64,000 bases of DNA from Cyanophyceae cyanobacterium (GTDB taxonomy: Bacteria > Cyanobacteriota > Cyanobacteriia > Cyanobacteriales > Laspinemataceae): assembly GCA_038321985.1 (NCBI GenBank), contig JBBQFN010000001.1:128001-192000 (forward strand), given 5' to 3'. How positions within the stretch are numbered: position 1 is the first letter of the stretch; each line of letters opens with the position of its first letter. A program made the translations under genes and the position numbers. Below are positions 1 through 10,331 of the stretch, piece after piece. Below the pieces are notes generated by a model, which was not told the origin of the DNA, ran no database searches, and saw only the letters and a program-made list of their open reading frames with translations.

Positions 1-113
1 ACCGCGATCGCACTCTAGGGTCTTTCCCTCAATTTGTACTTTTGGCATCTCAACTTACTCCCCGCATTCCATTCTCTATTTTTACACAATTTTTCTATTC
101 AACTCCCAAAATT

Positions 114-1736
114 ATGAATGCAGACAGCCCCAACCGGATTTGGATCTACGACACCACGTTAAGAGATGGTTCCCAGCGCGAGGGGATGTCTCTGTCGATT
201 GAGGATAAATTGCGAATCGCTCACCGCCTCGATCGCCTGGGCGTTCCCTTTATCGAAGGGGGATGGCCTGGGGCCAATCCGAAGGATGTCCAGTTTTTCT
301 GGCGACTGCAAGAAGAACCCCTGCAAAACGCTGAAGTAGTGGCTTTTTGCTCCACTCGTCGCCCGGGAAAAACTGCCGCACAGGACCCAATGCTACAGCC
401 CATTCTCTCCGCAGGGACCCGCTGGGTAACTATTTTTGGCAAATCTTGGGATCTTCATGTCACAGAAGGACTCAACACGACCCTTGAAGAAAATCTGGAG
501 ATGATCAGCGATACTATCGAGTTTTTGCGGAGTCAGGGACGACAGATCATCTACGATGCTGAACACTGGTTTGATGGCTACAAAACCAATCCAAATTATG
601 CCCTTAAAACCCTAGAAACGGCGATCGCAGCCGGGGCCGAATGGATTGTTTTCTGTGACACGAACGGCGGCACACTTCCCCATGAAATCAGCCAAATCAC
701 GGTTAATGTTATTAAAACCTTACGCCAAAATACTGATACTTCTATCAATTTTGGCATCCACACCCACAATGACTCCGAAACAGCCGTTGCCAACGCCTTA
801 GCTGCGGTCCTCGAAGGGGTACGAATGGTTCAAGGCACAATAAATGGCTATGGCGAACGCTGTGGAAATGCCAACCTCTGCTCTTTAATTCCCAATCTCC
901 AGCTTAAACTCGGCTATGATTGTATCGACCCCAGTCACTTAATCAAACTAACGGAAACCAGTCGATATATTAGCGAAGTTGCCAATCTTGCCCCCGACGA
1001 TCATGCTCCGTTTGTCGGACTTTCCGCCTTTGCTCATAAAGGGGGAATTCATGTTTCTGCTGTGCAGCGTAATCCCTTGACTTATGAACATCTGCAACCG
1101 GAATTAATTGGCAATCAGCGCCGGATTGTGGTTTCCGATCAAGCCGGATTAAGTAATATTTTAGCAAAAGCGGAGAGCTTTGGGATTGACCTCAACAAAA
1201 AAGACCCCAAATGTCGGCAGATTTTAGAAAAACTGAAAGAGTTAGAAAATCAAGGATATCAATTTGAGGCGGCTGAAGCAAGTTTTGAATTATTAATGCA
1301 TGAAGCATTAGGCGATCGCCAAAAATTCTTTGAAATTAAAGGGTTCCATGTCCACTGCGAACAACTTGAAGGGATGACAAACGTTCTGGCAACGGTCAAA
1401 GTCGGCGTGAATGGTAAAAATATTTTAGAAGCTGCGGAAGGAAATGGCCCAGTTTCTGCCCTTGATGCCGCCCTCAGAAAAGCCTTAGTTAATTTTTATC
1501 CTGCCTTAGCGGACTTCCAACTTACGGATTATAAAGTGAGAATTCTGGATAGTGGGGCCGGAACTTCGGCCAAAACTCGCGTGTTAGTAGAATCAAGCAA
1601 CGGTCATCAACGCTGGACGACAGTTGGGGTTTCTCCTAATATTATTGAAGCCTCTTATCAAGCAGTGGTGGAAGGATTAGAATATGGTTTAATTCTTCAA
1701 AACCAAGTTAAGGAAGTCGTAGCGGCTTCCTCCTAG
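114..1736 (+). CDS. cimA: Citramalate synthase (LeuA/CimA family)
   Basis: DTTLRDGSQ, HTHND, GYGERCGNA and AFAHKGGIH motifs plus the C-terminal regulatory domain (GNGPVSALD). ATG at 114 preferred over the TTG at 42. Confidence 0.9.
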   Translation: MNADSPNRIWIYDTTLRDGSQREGMSLSIEDKLRIAHRLDRLGVPFIEGGWPGANPKDVQFFWRLQEEPLQNAEVVAFCSTRRPGKTAAQDPMLQPILSAGTRWVTIFGKSWDLHVTEGLNTTLEENLEMISDTIEFLRSQGRQIIYDAEHWFDGYKTNPNYALKTLETAIAAGAEWIVFCDTNGGTLPHEISQITVNVIKTLRQNTDTSINFGIHTHNDSETAVANALAAVLEGVRMVQGTINGYGERCGNANLCSLIPNLQLKLGYDCIDPSHLIKLTETSRYISEVANLAPDDHAPFVGLSAFAHKGGIHVSAVQRNPLTYEHLQPELIGNQRRIVVSDQAGLSNILAKAESFGIDLNKKDPKCRQILEKLKELENQGYQFEAAEASFELLMHEALGDRQKFFEIKGFHVHCEQLEGMTNVLATVKVGVNGKNILEAAEGNGPVSALDAALRKALVNFYPALADFQLTDYKVRILDSGAGTSAKTRVLVESSNGHQRWTTVGVSPNIIEASYQAVVEGLEYGLILQNQVKEVVAASS

Positions 1737-1763
1737 AAGCAGGTTGAAGCGAAGCGATTAAAC

Positions 1764-1894
1764 TAAGTAGCTGAACCTAATTAAAGCCAATCTTCCATTT
1801 ACAATTAAAAACCTGGGAATTCCTGCGGAGGCAGGAATAATAGGCTCATAATCTTTGATTGCGAATATGGAGTTTATTTAGGTTTACCGAATTA
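1764..1894. mobile_element. Putative degenerate MITE-like element
   Basis: Imperfect 22-bp terminal inverted repeats (TAAGTAGCTGAACCTAATTAAA at 1764-1785 versus 1873-1894, 17/22 matching), an internal hairpin ATTCCTGC-GGAG-GCAGGAAT, and no ORF. Confidence 0.45.
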
Positions 1895-2091
1895 AGGGCT
1901 GGTTAAATCTCCGATTCTGTCCTTGGCCCAATTTCGGTTAGCGGATTTAAGATAAATCTCTGGGGAGGGAATAAATTAGAAGGGATAATCACCCAATCAG
2001 TCACTTGTTAAACTGTCACAAATGCTTCGGACACTGCCACCGACTAGAATAATAATAAAGTGATTCTTGATCGTCTAGGATTTTAGCCCTC

Positions 2092-3180
2092 ATGCAGCGC
2101 TTAGAAAATTCCACTACCTCTGAAATCAGATTTTCTCAAGTTCCCGAAGATCCTCGTATCGAACTCTGCGTTGCAGAAAGTTTAGGGGAATGCCAGGAAA
2201 ATTTATTACGAGTTTTAGTGGTAGCTTCTGGGGGTTGCACAGCGTTAAGTTTGTTAGCTTCGCCCATGGTTGGACAAATTGAAGCGGTGGATAGCAATCC
2301 GGCACAACTGCATTTGGTGGAGTTGCGCCGTCAGGCATTGGTACACTTACCCTTATTTGACCAGATGGCGCTGATTGGGGGCGATCGCACCACGACGGAT
2401 CGGGAACGACTGGACCTCTATAAGGAATTGCGGCCCTATCTTCCGGAAGCGACTTTATCTTTCTGGGATAATCGACTCGAACAAATTGCCTGGGGAGTCA
2501 ATCATGTAGGCCAATTTGAGACCCTTGCTGCCCAGTTAGCGGCCCAACTTTCAGCGTTGGGGTTAGATCCGCTTCACGATCCAGCACAGACTATTGCGGA
2601 TCCGGGGTGGCAAGACAGTTTCGAGTCCATTTTTACACCGGAGGAATCGGTCAAAATTTTTGGAGAAAGCGTGGTGAAGGGGTGGCAGGAATCCTCGTTT
2701 GCCAAGCATTTTGCTCAGAAGTTGGCAGGGGCTCTTAATAAAATGACTCCCACGGAAAACTATTTTATGACCCAACTGTTTGCCAACTCCTACGCGGAGG
2801 GTTCAAAAGGCGTCCCAGTTTATTTACAAGGTTTTGCTCAAGGCACGATTCAGGCCCTTGGCACCCACCGCCTTAAACTCCATTGCGGGCAGTTTTTAGA
2901 AAAAATCGTGGAACTGGGTAAATCCGGGGGATTTGACTTGATTTCTATGTCAAATTTTGGGGACGGGATGCCAACGGCTGAGTTAGGGGAGGCCCTCGCC
3001 ACTATCACAGGATACTTAAACCCCGGTGGAGCTTTAATTGGACGCCGACTCAATGGCAATGATGATTTAAGGGGGCTGATGGCACAGCACCTACGCGTTG
3101 ACTCGGAACTGAGCGCCAGACTGCTAGAAATGGAACGTTCTTACCTTTCTGAAGAGGTCGTTATTGGGTTTGCTGGATAA
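2092..3180 (+). CDS. DUF3419 / BtaA-like SAM-dependent transferase
   Basis: FSQVPEDPRIE, VLVVASGGCTALSLL and AVDSNPAQLHL motifs typical of the DUF3419/BtaA family; C-terminal FDLISMSN...LNPGG. Confidence 0.75.
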   Translation: MQRLENSTTSEIRFSQVPEDPRIELCVAESLGECQENLLRVLVVASGGCTALSLLASPMVGQIEAVDSNPAQLHLVELRRQALVHLPLFDQMALIGGDRTTTDRERLDLYKELRPYLPEATLSFWDNRLEQIAWGVNHVGQFETLAAQLAAQLSALGLDPLHDPAQTIADPGWQDSFESIFTPEESVKIFGESVVKGWQESSFAKHFAQKLAGALNKMTPTENYFMTQLFANSYAEGSKGVPVYLQGFAQGTIQALGTHRLKLHCGQFLEKIVELGKSGGFDLISMSNFGDGMPTAELGEALATITGYLNPGGALIGRRLNGNDDLRGLMAQHLRVDSELSARLLEMERSYLSEEVVIGFAG

Positions 3181-3453
3181 CTGGGCGATCGCTTGATTTA
3201 TAACGGGATTTAACTCCGAATGGGGAGTAGAAATAGCCTATCCCTGGGAACTGGACACCCCCACTTATCCTCCGGTGAAAGGCTCTGACGTCTGTAGTTT
3301 TCTGGTGCAAACTCTTTTTAGTGAGGGAAATTCTCCTCAATTGGGTTGTTTTCTCACTGAAGCGAGATAAAATTGGGAATGAACAAACACTCACTTATTT
3401 GCATCTAAGACCAAGGCAACAGTCGTCGTTACATTAAGGGTGAGAGAACTGCT

Positions 3454-5067
3454 GTGATTCCGCAAGATTTTTTAAAAGTGGTAACCGTCGAACGGGGCGT
3501 GTCGGACTCGGAAATTCAGGTATTATCTTATGCTCTGCATGGTGAGTCGATCTCCGCGATCGCAATTAACCTGGGCATTCGACCCGAAGCAGTGCGAAAA
3601 CGACTCGGTGAAGTCTACAAAAAATTTAAAATCGGGGGCGCGGGACCCGGTAAAATGGCAAAGTTACAACAGATTCTCGTCAGCGAGTATCAGGACCATC
3701 AGACGGGGATCACGTTGAACAGTGAGGGAATCAACGAGGGGTCCGGGTCTGGTGTTAAATCGATCTATGATTGGGGCGAGGCACCGGACAGTTCCATTTT
3801 TTATGGACGCGATCGCCAACTGGCAACCCTGGAACAGTGGATTTTAGAGCAAGAGTGCCGGGTGGTATCCATCCTAGGAATGGCAGGGATAGGCAAAACG
3901 GCGCTTTCGCTCAAACTCGCACGGCAAATCCAAGAGCAATTCGATACGGTGTTATGGCGAAATTTGAGTCAGGGTCCACCCCTGAGTGACCTCGTGGATA
4001 ATCTACTTAAATTGCTCTACTCTCGCCAGGGTGCTTATTGCGTTCCGGAACTTAATGATAAAATCTCTCTGCTTCTGGAATATTGTCGCCGCCACCGCTG
4101 TTTGTTAATCTTCGATAGTGTGGACAGCATTTTACAAAGGGGCGAACTTTCAGGACAGTATCAAAGCGGGTATGAAGACTATGGAGACTTTTTTAAGCGG
4201 CTTTCGTGCCAATCCCACAAAAGCTGTCTTCTGATTACCAGTTTGGAAAATCCGAAAGAAGTTAGCGTACAAGAGGGGAATTATTTACCCGTGCGCTCTC
4301 TACAATTGACGGGTTTAAATGCGGATTCAGCTACTCAAATTTTAAAAGACAAAGGATTGATTGAACAACCTGATTGGTCAATTTTATGTGACCTATATCG
4401 AGGCAATCCTTTAGAACTCAAAATTGCTGCAACTACCATTCAAGAATTATTTGGCGGTCAAGTGGCAGAATTTCTCAAACAAAGTACATTAGTTTTTGGA
4501 GAGATTGGGGAGTTGCTCGCCCACCAATGCGATCGCTTATCGGAGTTAGAAAAAGAAATTCTCTATTGGCTGGCGATCAAGCGTCAACCGATCTCCCTGG
4601 AATGTTTACGCCAAAGTATGTTGCTGCCCGTATCGTTACAGGAATTATTAGAAGCAGTCGCTTCCCTGGGACGGCGATCGCTCCTAGAAAAAATAGCGGA
4701 CACTGACTGCGCCGTGTTCTCTCTTCAGCCAGTTTTGCGAGAATATGTAACGACAGCATTGGTGGCTCAAATTTTTGAAGAATTACAGGAAGTTTTTAAC
4801 ACCAAAAACCCCGAAAAGTTTCTGCTCTTGCGCAGCCATGCCCTGGTGCAACGCGATGCAGAACACCAGGTCCAACAGGAACAACTCCATCACATGATTA
4901 CTCCCTTGGGCGATCGCCTCCGACGGACGATCAGAAGTGAAAGTAGAATCGTAGATTATTTAACCCAAATTGACACCCTCTTACAAGGCGAACCTACCCT
5001 GGAAGTGGGCTATAGCAGCGAAAATGTCAAAAATCTCTTGAAATCCCTTCAACCGCAGACAAAATAA
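3454..5067 (+). CDS. N-terminal HTH + NB-ARC (STAND ATPase) protein
   Basis: LuxR-like HTH (IAINLGIRPEAVRKRLGEVYKKF), DWGEAP..FYGR, Walker A GMAGIGKT, Walker B LLIFDS, RGNPLEL; no WD40 tail. Confidence 0.85.
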   Translation: MIPQDFLKVVTVERGVSDSEIQVLSYALHGESISAIAINLGIRPEAVRKRLGEVYKKFKIGGAGPGKMAKLQQILVSEYQDHQTGITLNSEGINEGSGSGVKSIYDWGEAPDSSIFYGRDRQLATLEQWILEQECRVVSILGMAGIGKTALSLKLARQIQEQFDTVLWRNLSQGPPLSDLVDNLLKLLYSRQGAYCVPELNDKISLLLEYCRRHRCLLIFDSVDSILQRGELSGQYQSGYEDYGDFFKRLSCQSHKSCLLITSLENPKEVSVQEGNYLPVRSLQLTGLNADSATQILKDKGLIEQPDWSILCDLYRGNPLELKIAATTIQELFGGQVAEFLKQSTLVFGEIGELLAHQCDRLSELEKEILYWLAIKRQPISLECLRQSMLLPVSLQELLEAVASLGRRSLLEKIADTDCAVFSLQPVLREYVTTALVAQIFEELQEVFNTKNPEKFLLLRSHALVQRDAEHQVQQEQLHHMITPLGDRLRRTIRSESRIVDYLTQIDTLLQGEPTLEVGYSSENVKNLLKSLQPQTK

Positions 5068-5127
5068 GCGATCGCGAGTCACAGCAGGGGAAGGGCGCAT
5101 GGAGTCCCAACCCCTTACCCTTTAACC

Positions 5128-5158
5128 TTGAGCCGATGCGGTGAGTAACTCGGCTCAA
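5128..5158 (+). terminator. Stem-loop downstream of the NB-ARC gene
   Basis: TTGAGCCGA...TCGGCTCAA inverted repeat about 60 nt after the stop; no strong T-tract. Confidence 0.35.
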
Positions 5159-6201
5159 TCCTCACCATCGGGTCCATTTCGCCAATTTACCGAATCTCCC
5201 CAGGCCATGTAAAACAACTTCTAAAATTTGTGATAAAATAATTCCGTAGAGAAAAACCTCTACGATTAAAGTCAGACCCACTCCGTACCCACCGCAAGCC
5301 CCAAAGCAAGCTCAACTCTCCAGAAGTTCGACTTCTGCCGTCGGCGATCGCCTTGGAGATAGATTGGCTATCCGTGAGGAAGCTGATCGCGCTTCTGAAC
5401 TGTTGCAGGTAGCCCCAAAAGATTTAATCCTTGCCGAAATGCGGTGTATTTTCCAGTTATGGAAAGCACCGTTTATCCTATGCCCATCGATGCGATCGCC
5501 ATTCAGGGCAAGCGTAACCGATAGAGTGATGGGTGTCCTCACACCCAGAACAGAAGCAATCGGAAACCGGGTTAAACACTTTCGGGAGTCCAAATCCAGG
5601 CGATTAGTTAAAAAAAATTAAAAATAGACTTGCCAAAAGCAGCGTGCTACGATAAAAGATATAAAGTAGCTTTTCGACCGATTACCGAATCTAGGATGTT
5701 TCCGAACCGGCGCTCAACCTACTAAAGTTGAGGGTTGGCGCTCAATGAAAATAACGAAGATAGCGTGGACCGGCATTTTTCACCGTCGAGAACCCATTAT
5801 CATTCCTCCCATTGCCCTAGAAGGATCGGCCAGAGCAAAAAGAAAGGACTTTCCAATGGTTCAAAACGTTTCCTTAGCTTCAGGGGGTTTACACAAACCG
5901 TGCAAATCTCCGAATTATATACCCTGTTCGTCTGGAAGTGTGTCAAGGCCGATGCTAAACGGACTCGATGGCCTAACTAACTTGACAAGGTGAAAGTGAT
6001 GGTAAAAAAAGTGCCTGCACTTTTTTTTAAAAGTTCTGGAAGCGGAAAATTCATATCTTCGCGTTGGAACGGCATACCCGTCCAGCAAAAATCCACCGTC
6101 AACTCTACGAGGATGGCGCATAAAACCTTGCGAAGTATGGTAGGAAGATTGGAAAGCAATTGTTATGTTGTTAGAAGTTTTTGCAAAATTAAAGAGGTAT
6201 T

Positions 6202-6423
6202 ATGACCCAGCAGGTTTGTCATTCGATGGATAAATTACAGCGTCAGGTGCGATCATTAGTAGACTCAAAAATCCTCAAACCCACTGATAGTCTATGGAAA
6301 ATAGCCTTTCTTTATGGCGATGAATGGGCGTACTGGAAAAAAGAATTACTTGAATTTGGCTTTTCGATGAAAGATCCTGTGGTTCATCTTTTGGCGGTAG
6401 AAACCTGGGAAGAAGAGGAGTAG
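6202..6423 (+). CDS. DUF4327 family small cyanobacterial protein
   Basis: HSMDKLQRQVRSLV..LKPTDSLWKIAFLYGDEW..WEEE pattern; RBS GAGG upstream. Confidence 0.8.
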   Translation: MTQQVCHSMDKLQRQVRSLVDSKILKPTDSLWKIAFLYGDEWAYWKKELLEFGFSMKDPVVHLLAVETWEEEE

Positions 6424-6544
6424 AAGTCTAGGAACTTATAAAATTCCGGAAAACAAAAAACAGAGGAGCGATCGCCTGTGCCGTTACCGATTAGCGCAAC
6501 TAAAGCTGAGGGTTTTCGCTCATCTGTCTTCCCAAATAACTTAT

Positions 6545-7789
6545 TTATAAGCACCGAGATAAAGCCCGAGCCAGTTCCGCAGCAGTTTGATAGCGATCGC
6601 TGGGTTTGGCTTCGGTGGCCTTTTCGATTGTTCCTCGGACTTCGGGAGTAATGCGCGGATCTCCTTTGAGATTAAACCCATAGCCAGAACCGCGAAGCTC
6701 AAAAAATTTCTGAGGACTCTCCCCAGTTAGTAAAAAAATCAACGTCGCACCGATCGCATAAAGATCCGACTGAGTTAATGGCTCACCTCGGTTCTGTTCC
6801 GGTGCCGTATAATCTGGTGCCCCAATGCAAGTACCCAAGGGCGTGCCAATTTCCTTAACTGCCCCAAAATCTAGCACTATAATCCGATTATCCAGAGTCC
6901 GCACCATCAAATTGGCCGGTTTAATATCCCGGTGTACGATGGGCGGATTTTGGGCATGAATATACTCCAATACCTCACAAGTTTGAATCATCCACTCGAT
7001 CGCCTGGGATAAGACGATCGGACCCCGGTGATAAACCCGCTTTTCCAAATCTTCACCGTGGATCATCGCCATTGCCAGATATTTTTTGCCCTGATCCACA
7101 AAAAAATCATAAAACTGCGGGACCCCTGGATGATTCAACCCCTTTAGAATCCGCGCTTCCCGCTCAAATAATTCCCGTGCTTTGGGAATGCGCGTCATAT
7201 CAGCGTTCATTTCCTTTAACACCAACATTTGAGGACGGGGGTTGCTTTCCTGGGGTGGCACAAAGGCTAAATAAGTTGTCCCCATTCCCCCTTGACCCAA
7301 GGTTTTCAAAATTTGATACTCTCGGATCTGTCGTTCAACGTGAATCGGCTGGCCGCAGTGAATACAAAAGAGGGTATGGGGAGGATTATTGCGATGAGTG
7401 CAAATCGCCTTCAGAGGCGAGGAAGGAGGCGGTGGCGGTGATGCTGCGGAGGGTTCTAGGATAAATTTTAAGAGTGGACCTCCTCGGGCTAACTGAATCA
7501 GCGCCCCATTACTGAGGCGCGATCGCTGGGCCACGTGACCATTGACAAATGTGCCATTGGTCCCGTGATTGATTAACTGCCATACTTTACCGTGAGTGCT
7601 ATCCTCAATTAGATGCAACTCCAAATGGAGGCGGGACACTACCGGATCATCAATCACTAGATCATTCTGTTCGGGCGATCGCCCAATGCGAATCACATCC
7701 GCATTCTCAAATCGCCATTGTTTAATCGGAGAATTCGTGTCGTCTACCAGAACCAGAGTAACCACTTCGGAAACTCCCCAAAACATCAT
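6545..7789 (-). CDS. FHA-domain Ser/Thr protein kinase with zinc-ribbon-like linker
   Basis: FHA (IGRS..VSRLH..GTNGTFVNG), C-x-H..FCIHCG linker, kinase motifs LGQGGMG, HRDIKPAN, DFG, APE. Exact start uncertain. Confidence 0.92.
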   Translation of the reverse strand: MMFWGVSEVVTLVLVDDTNSPIKQWRFENADVIRIGRSPEQNDLVIDDPVVSRLHLELHLIEDSTHGKVWQLINHGTNGTFVNGHVAQRSRLSNGALIQLARGGPLLKFILEPSAASPPPPPSSPLKAICTHRNNPPHTLFCIHCGQPIHVERQIREYQILKTLGQGGMGTTYLAFVPPQESNPRPQMLVLKEMNADMTRIPKARELFEREARILKGLNHPGVPQFYDFFVDQGKKYLAMAMIHGEDLEKRVYHRGPIVLSQAIEWMIQTCEVLEYIHAQNPPIVHRDIKPANLMVRTLDNRIIVLDFGAVKEIGTPLGTCIGAPDYTAPEQNRGEPLTQSDLYAIGATLIFLLTGESPQKFFELRGSGYGFNLKGDPRITPEVRGTIEKATEAKPSDRYQTAAELARALSRCL

Positions 7790-7867
7790 TGAAACTCAGT
7801 CTATAAACTGATCACAGTACAGCGGATCACCGAAAAAAAAGGTTTTTTCTTTCGGTGTCCGGGCCCT

Positions 7868-10120
7868 TTACCGTTCGCGGACTAAAGCACGAACGGCGAT
7901 CGCCGTAATATTATCGTGACCGTTGTGTTGATTCGCTAAATCAATTAAGCCCTTAACCCCTTGCTGTAAGGGCATCTGTGTATTTAGCAACGGTTCAATA
8001 TGACTCAAATAGTGAGTTTCTAACAAATCGTTATCTGTTAAACCATCGGAAGCCAGAATCAACAAGGTATCTTCCTCTATCTTAAAAAACTGTACGTCTG
8101 GACTCACAAAATCTTCATTTCGAGGTCCTAGTGCCTGAGTGAGTTGGTAGGCATCCGGACGCAAGTAGGCCGTCTCCGGATCCACCCCGCGCTGAATTTC
8201 CCGTTGCCCCACTTCATGATCCACCGTGACTTGCTGTAACCCCTGAGTGCGGGTAAAGCGATAGAGACGACTATCTCCAACATGAGCGATCGCAGCATTA
8301 TTATCTTGAACTAAGACGAGAACCAAAGTCGTTCCCATCCGCCCACTACCCCCGCGCTGTTCTGATTGGTTCAGGTCATAAATGGCCTGGTTCGCAAACA
8401 AAACCCCGGTGGAAATGACTTCTTCTGAGGGTAAACTATCTTGCCAGTAACGAGAGAAATACTCTCGCAACTTCTGAACCGCTAAGGCGCTGGCGATTTC
8501 CCCTCCTTCATGTCCCCCCATGCCATCACAGAGGATGTAAAGCCCCTTGTGCTGGTTTGAGGAGGCTCTAGCCCCTTGGCGCTGCTTGATTTGAGTCTCA
8601 ATCCCAAAGTCGTCCTCGTTATGGGTGCGTTGCCGTCCAATATCTGTATATCCCGATGCTTCTAGGCTTTCTAGCATAACCGGCATGACCATTGTGGGAC
8701 TGTCGTCATCCGAGTTATCTACAAAATAAAGGGGATTGGGTTGGGGGGAAGAATTCATAATAATTTCCGGTTGTAGCTGGGAGTGGAGAATTTCTAAGCG
8801 CGATCGCAACAGTTCCACACTCTCAAATTGTGCCTCAGCTAATTCGGATAGAACCTGTTGTAATTCAGAAATCTCTTCATCTTCTGTTTCGGGAGTCAGT
8901 TGTGCCGAATTTAATAGGGTTTGCCACAACTGCCCAACTGCACTCAAAGTCGGGGTAGCATTTGGCAAGTCCGGATATAAGCGTTGCAGACACAAAATTT
9001 GGTCTTCTACATCTAGACGGAGATTTTGGGGTTCCAGTAAACTTTGACGACAGTGCCAGGGTTCTAAACCGATCCAGAGTTCGGTGACTTCTTGCAACCA
9101 GTGCAAAATTTGGGAGGGCAGGACTGGGTTAGTCTGAATGTATTCTACCAGGGAGGGTTGCGTAGATCGGTCTTCTAAGAGTAAAACCCGGCGATCGTCC
9201 CAATGCCATGCATCATGAATCGCCGGAACCATCGAGTAAAACTGAGAGTGGAGGGCGAGATAGACTTTGGCGATCGCCGGAATTGCCAGCGTCCAAGCCG
9301 GAGTCGGGTTATCCATGCGATCGGGGATTTCTACAGGGTGAGAACTCAAAGCAAACAGGGGAGATTGTTGCAGGGGAATGCAATCTAACACCTTGACTTG
9401 AATTTCCCCTTTTCTGAGTTGATTTAAAGGGAGATCTTCTAGAAGTTGATAGCGTTCTTCAGCGTCTAAATAGGACCCGGCAGACAAAACTTCCCCGGTT
9501 TCCTCTGGGGTTTCTAAAGCTGCTGCCGCAGGTTTCACCGCTTCGGAGTCTTCTTCAGAAATCGGAGTTTCGGGAATATCCAGGTCCGTTTGTTCTATTT
9601 GTGTTTCTGTCTTCTGGGAGGATTCCTCCAGGGTGGGGACTGCTGAGGTTTCTACTTCTGCCTCAACCCCCAGGGTTTCCGAGGGTTCGGGACTTTCCCG
9701 GACTTGTTCGACAATTTCCGAGAGACTAGCGATAGTATCCACCTCGGAAGTCTCACAGGCAGTTCCCTCAAGGAGTTCTTCCGGTGTTCCTGCCTCCGGT
9801 TCCATCTGCGATTCCGCCGGGATATCCGTTGCGATCGGTTCCGAAACAGAGGTTACAAAGGTTTCCACGGTCGGCATTGCTGCCACAGATACCGATTCCT
9901 CAACCGCTTCAACCTCCAGACTCGCCGGTGTGCCTTGGCGATCGACAATCGCTAGCCAAATTTGCCCCGTGATTGCGCCACAATTATGGCAGCTCAAATC
10001 GCTAGCAAGGACCGGGGTTCCGCATTCCAAACAGGATTTGTGGGTTAGGGACATCCCACATTTTTGACAAAACTTGTTAGAGTTTGGGTTCTCGAAATGG
10101 CATTTAGGGCAATCAAGCAT
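7868..10120 (-). CDS. PP2C-family Ser/Thr phosphatase with N-terminal double zinc ribbon
   Basis: Four CxxC pairs at the N-terminus, acidic linker, TDIGRQRTHNED, CDGMGGH, HVGDSR, SDGL, GHDNIT. ATG 10120 preferred. Confidence 0.92.
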   Translation of the reverse strand: MLDCPKCHFENPNSNKFCQKCGMSLTHKSCLECGTPVLASDLSCHNCGAITGQIWLAIVDRQGTPASLEVEAVEESVSVAAMPTVETFVTSVSEPIATDIPAESQMEPEAGTPEELLEGTACETSEVDTIASLSEIVEQVRESPEPSETLGVEAEVETSAVPTLEESSQKTETQIEQTDLDIPETPISEEDSEAVKPAAAALETPEETGEVLSAGSYLDAEERYQLLEDLPLNQLRKGEIQVKVLDCIPLQQSPLFALSSHPVEIPDRMDNPTPAWTLAIPAIAKVYLALHSQFYSMVPAIHDAWHWDDRRVLLLEDRSTQPSLVEYIQTNPVLPSQILHWLQEVTELWIGLEPWHCRQSLLEPQNLRLDVEDQILCLQRLYPDLPNATPTLSAVGQLWQTLLNSAQLTPETEDEEISELQQVLSELAEAQFESVELLRSRLEILHSQLQPEIIMNSSPQPNPLYFVDNSDDDSPTMVMPVMLESLEASGYTDIGRQRTHNEDDFGIETQIKQRQGARASSNQHKGLYILCDGMGGHEGGEIASALAVQKLREYFSRYWQDSLPSEEVISTGVLFANQAIYDLNQSEQRGGSGRMGTTLVLVLVQDNNAAIAHVGDSRLYRFTRTQGLQQVTVDHEVGQREIQRGVDPETAYLRPDAYQLTQALGPRNEDFVSPDVQFFKIEEDTLLILASDGLTDNDLLETHYLSHIEPLLNTQMPLQQGVKGLIDLANQHNGHDNITAIAVRALVRER

Positions 10121-10331
10121 AGTAATATTCCCATTCAGAAATTTAAGAATTTTAATCAACCGGGCATTTTAACGCGTGCATCTCAATTTAGGATACTATC
10201 TGGATTTTAGCTTTCCCATCCCCTTGGGTTAGTCCCTGGGACAAAAATTACCAGATTTAGGATTCATCTTCCGGTCCCCGAACCTGTATCTTGGTTCGGG
10301 GACTATCTTTTGCTCTCTCAACCCAGGCCCA

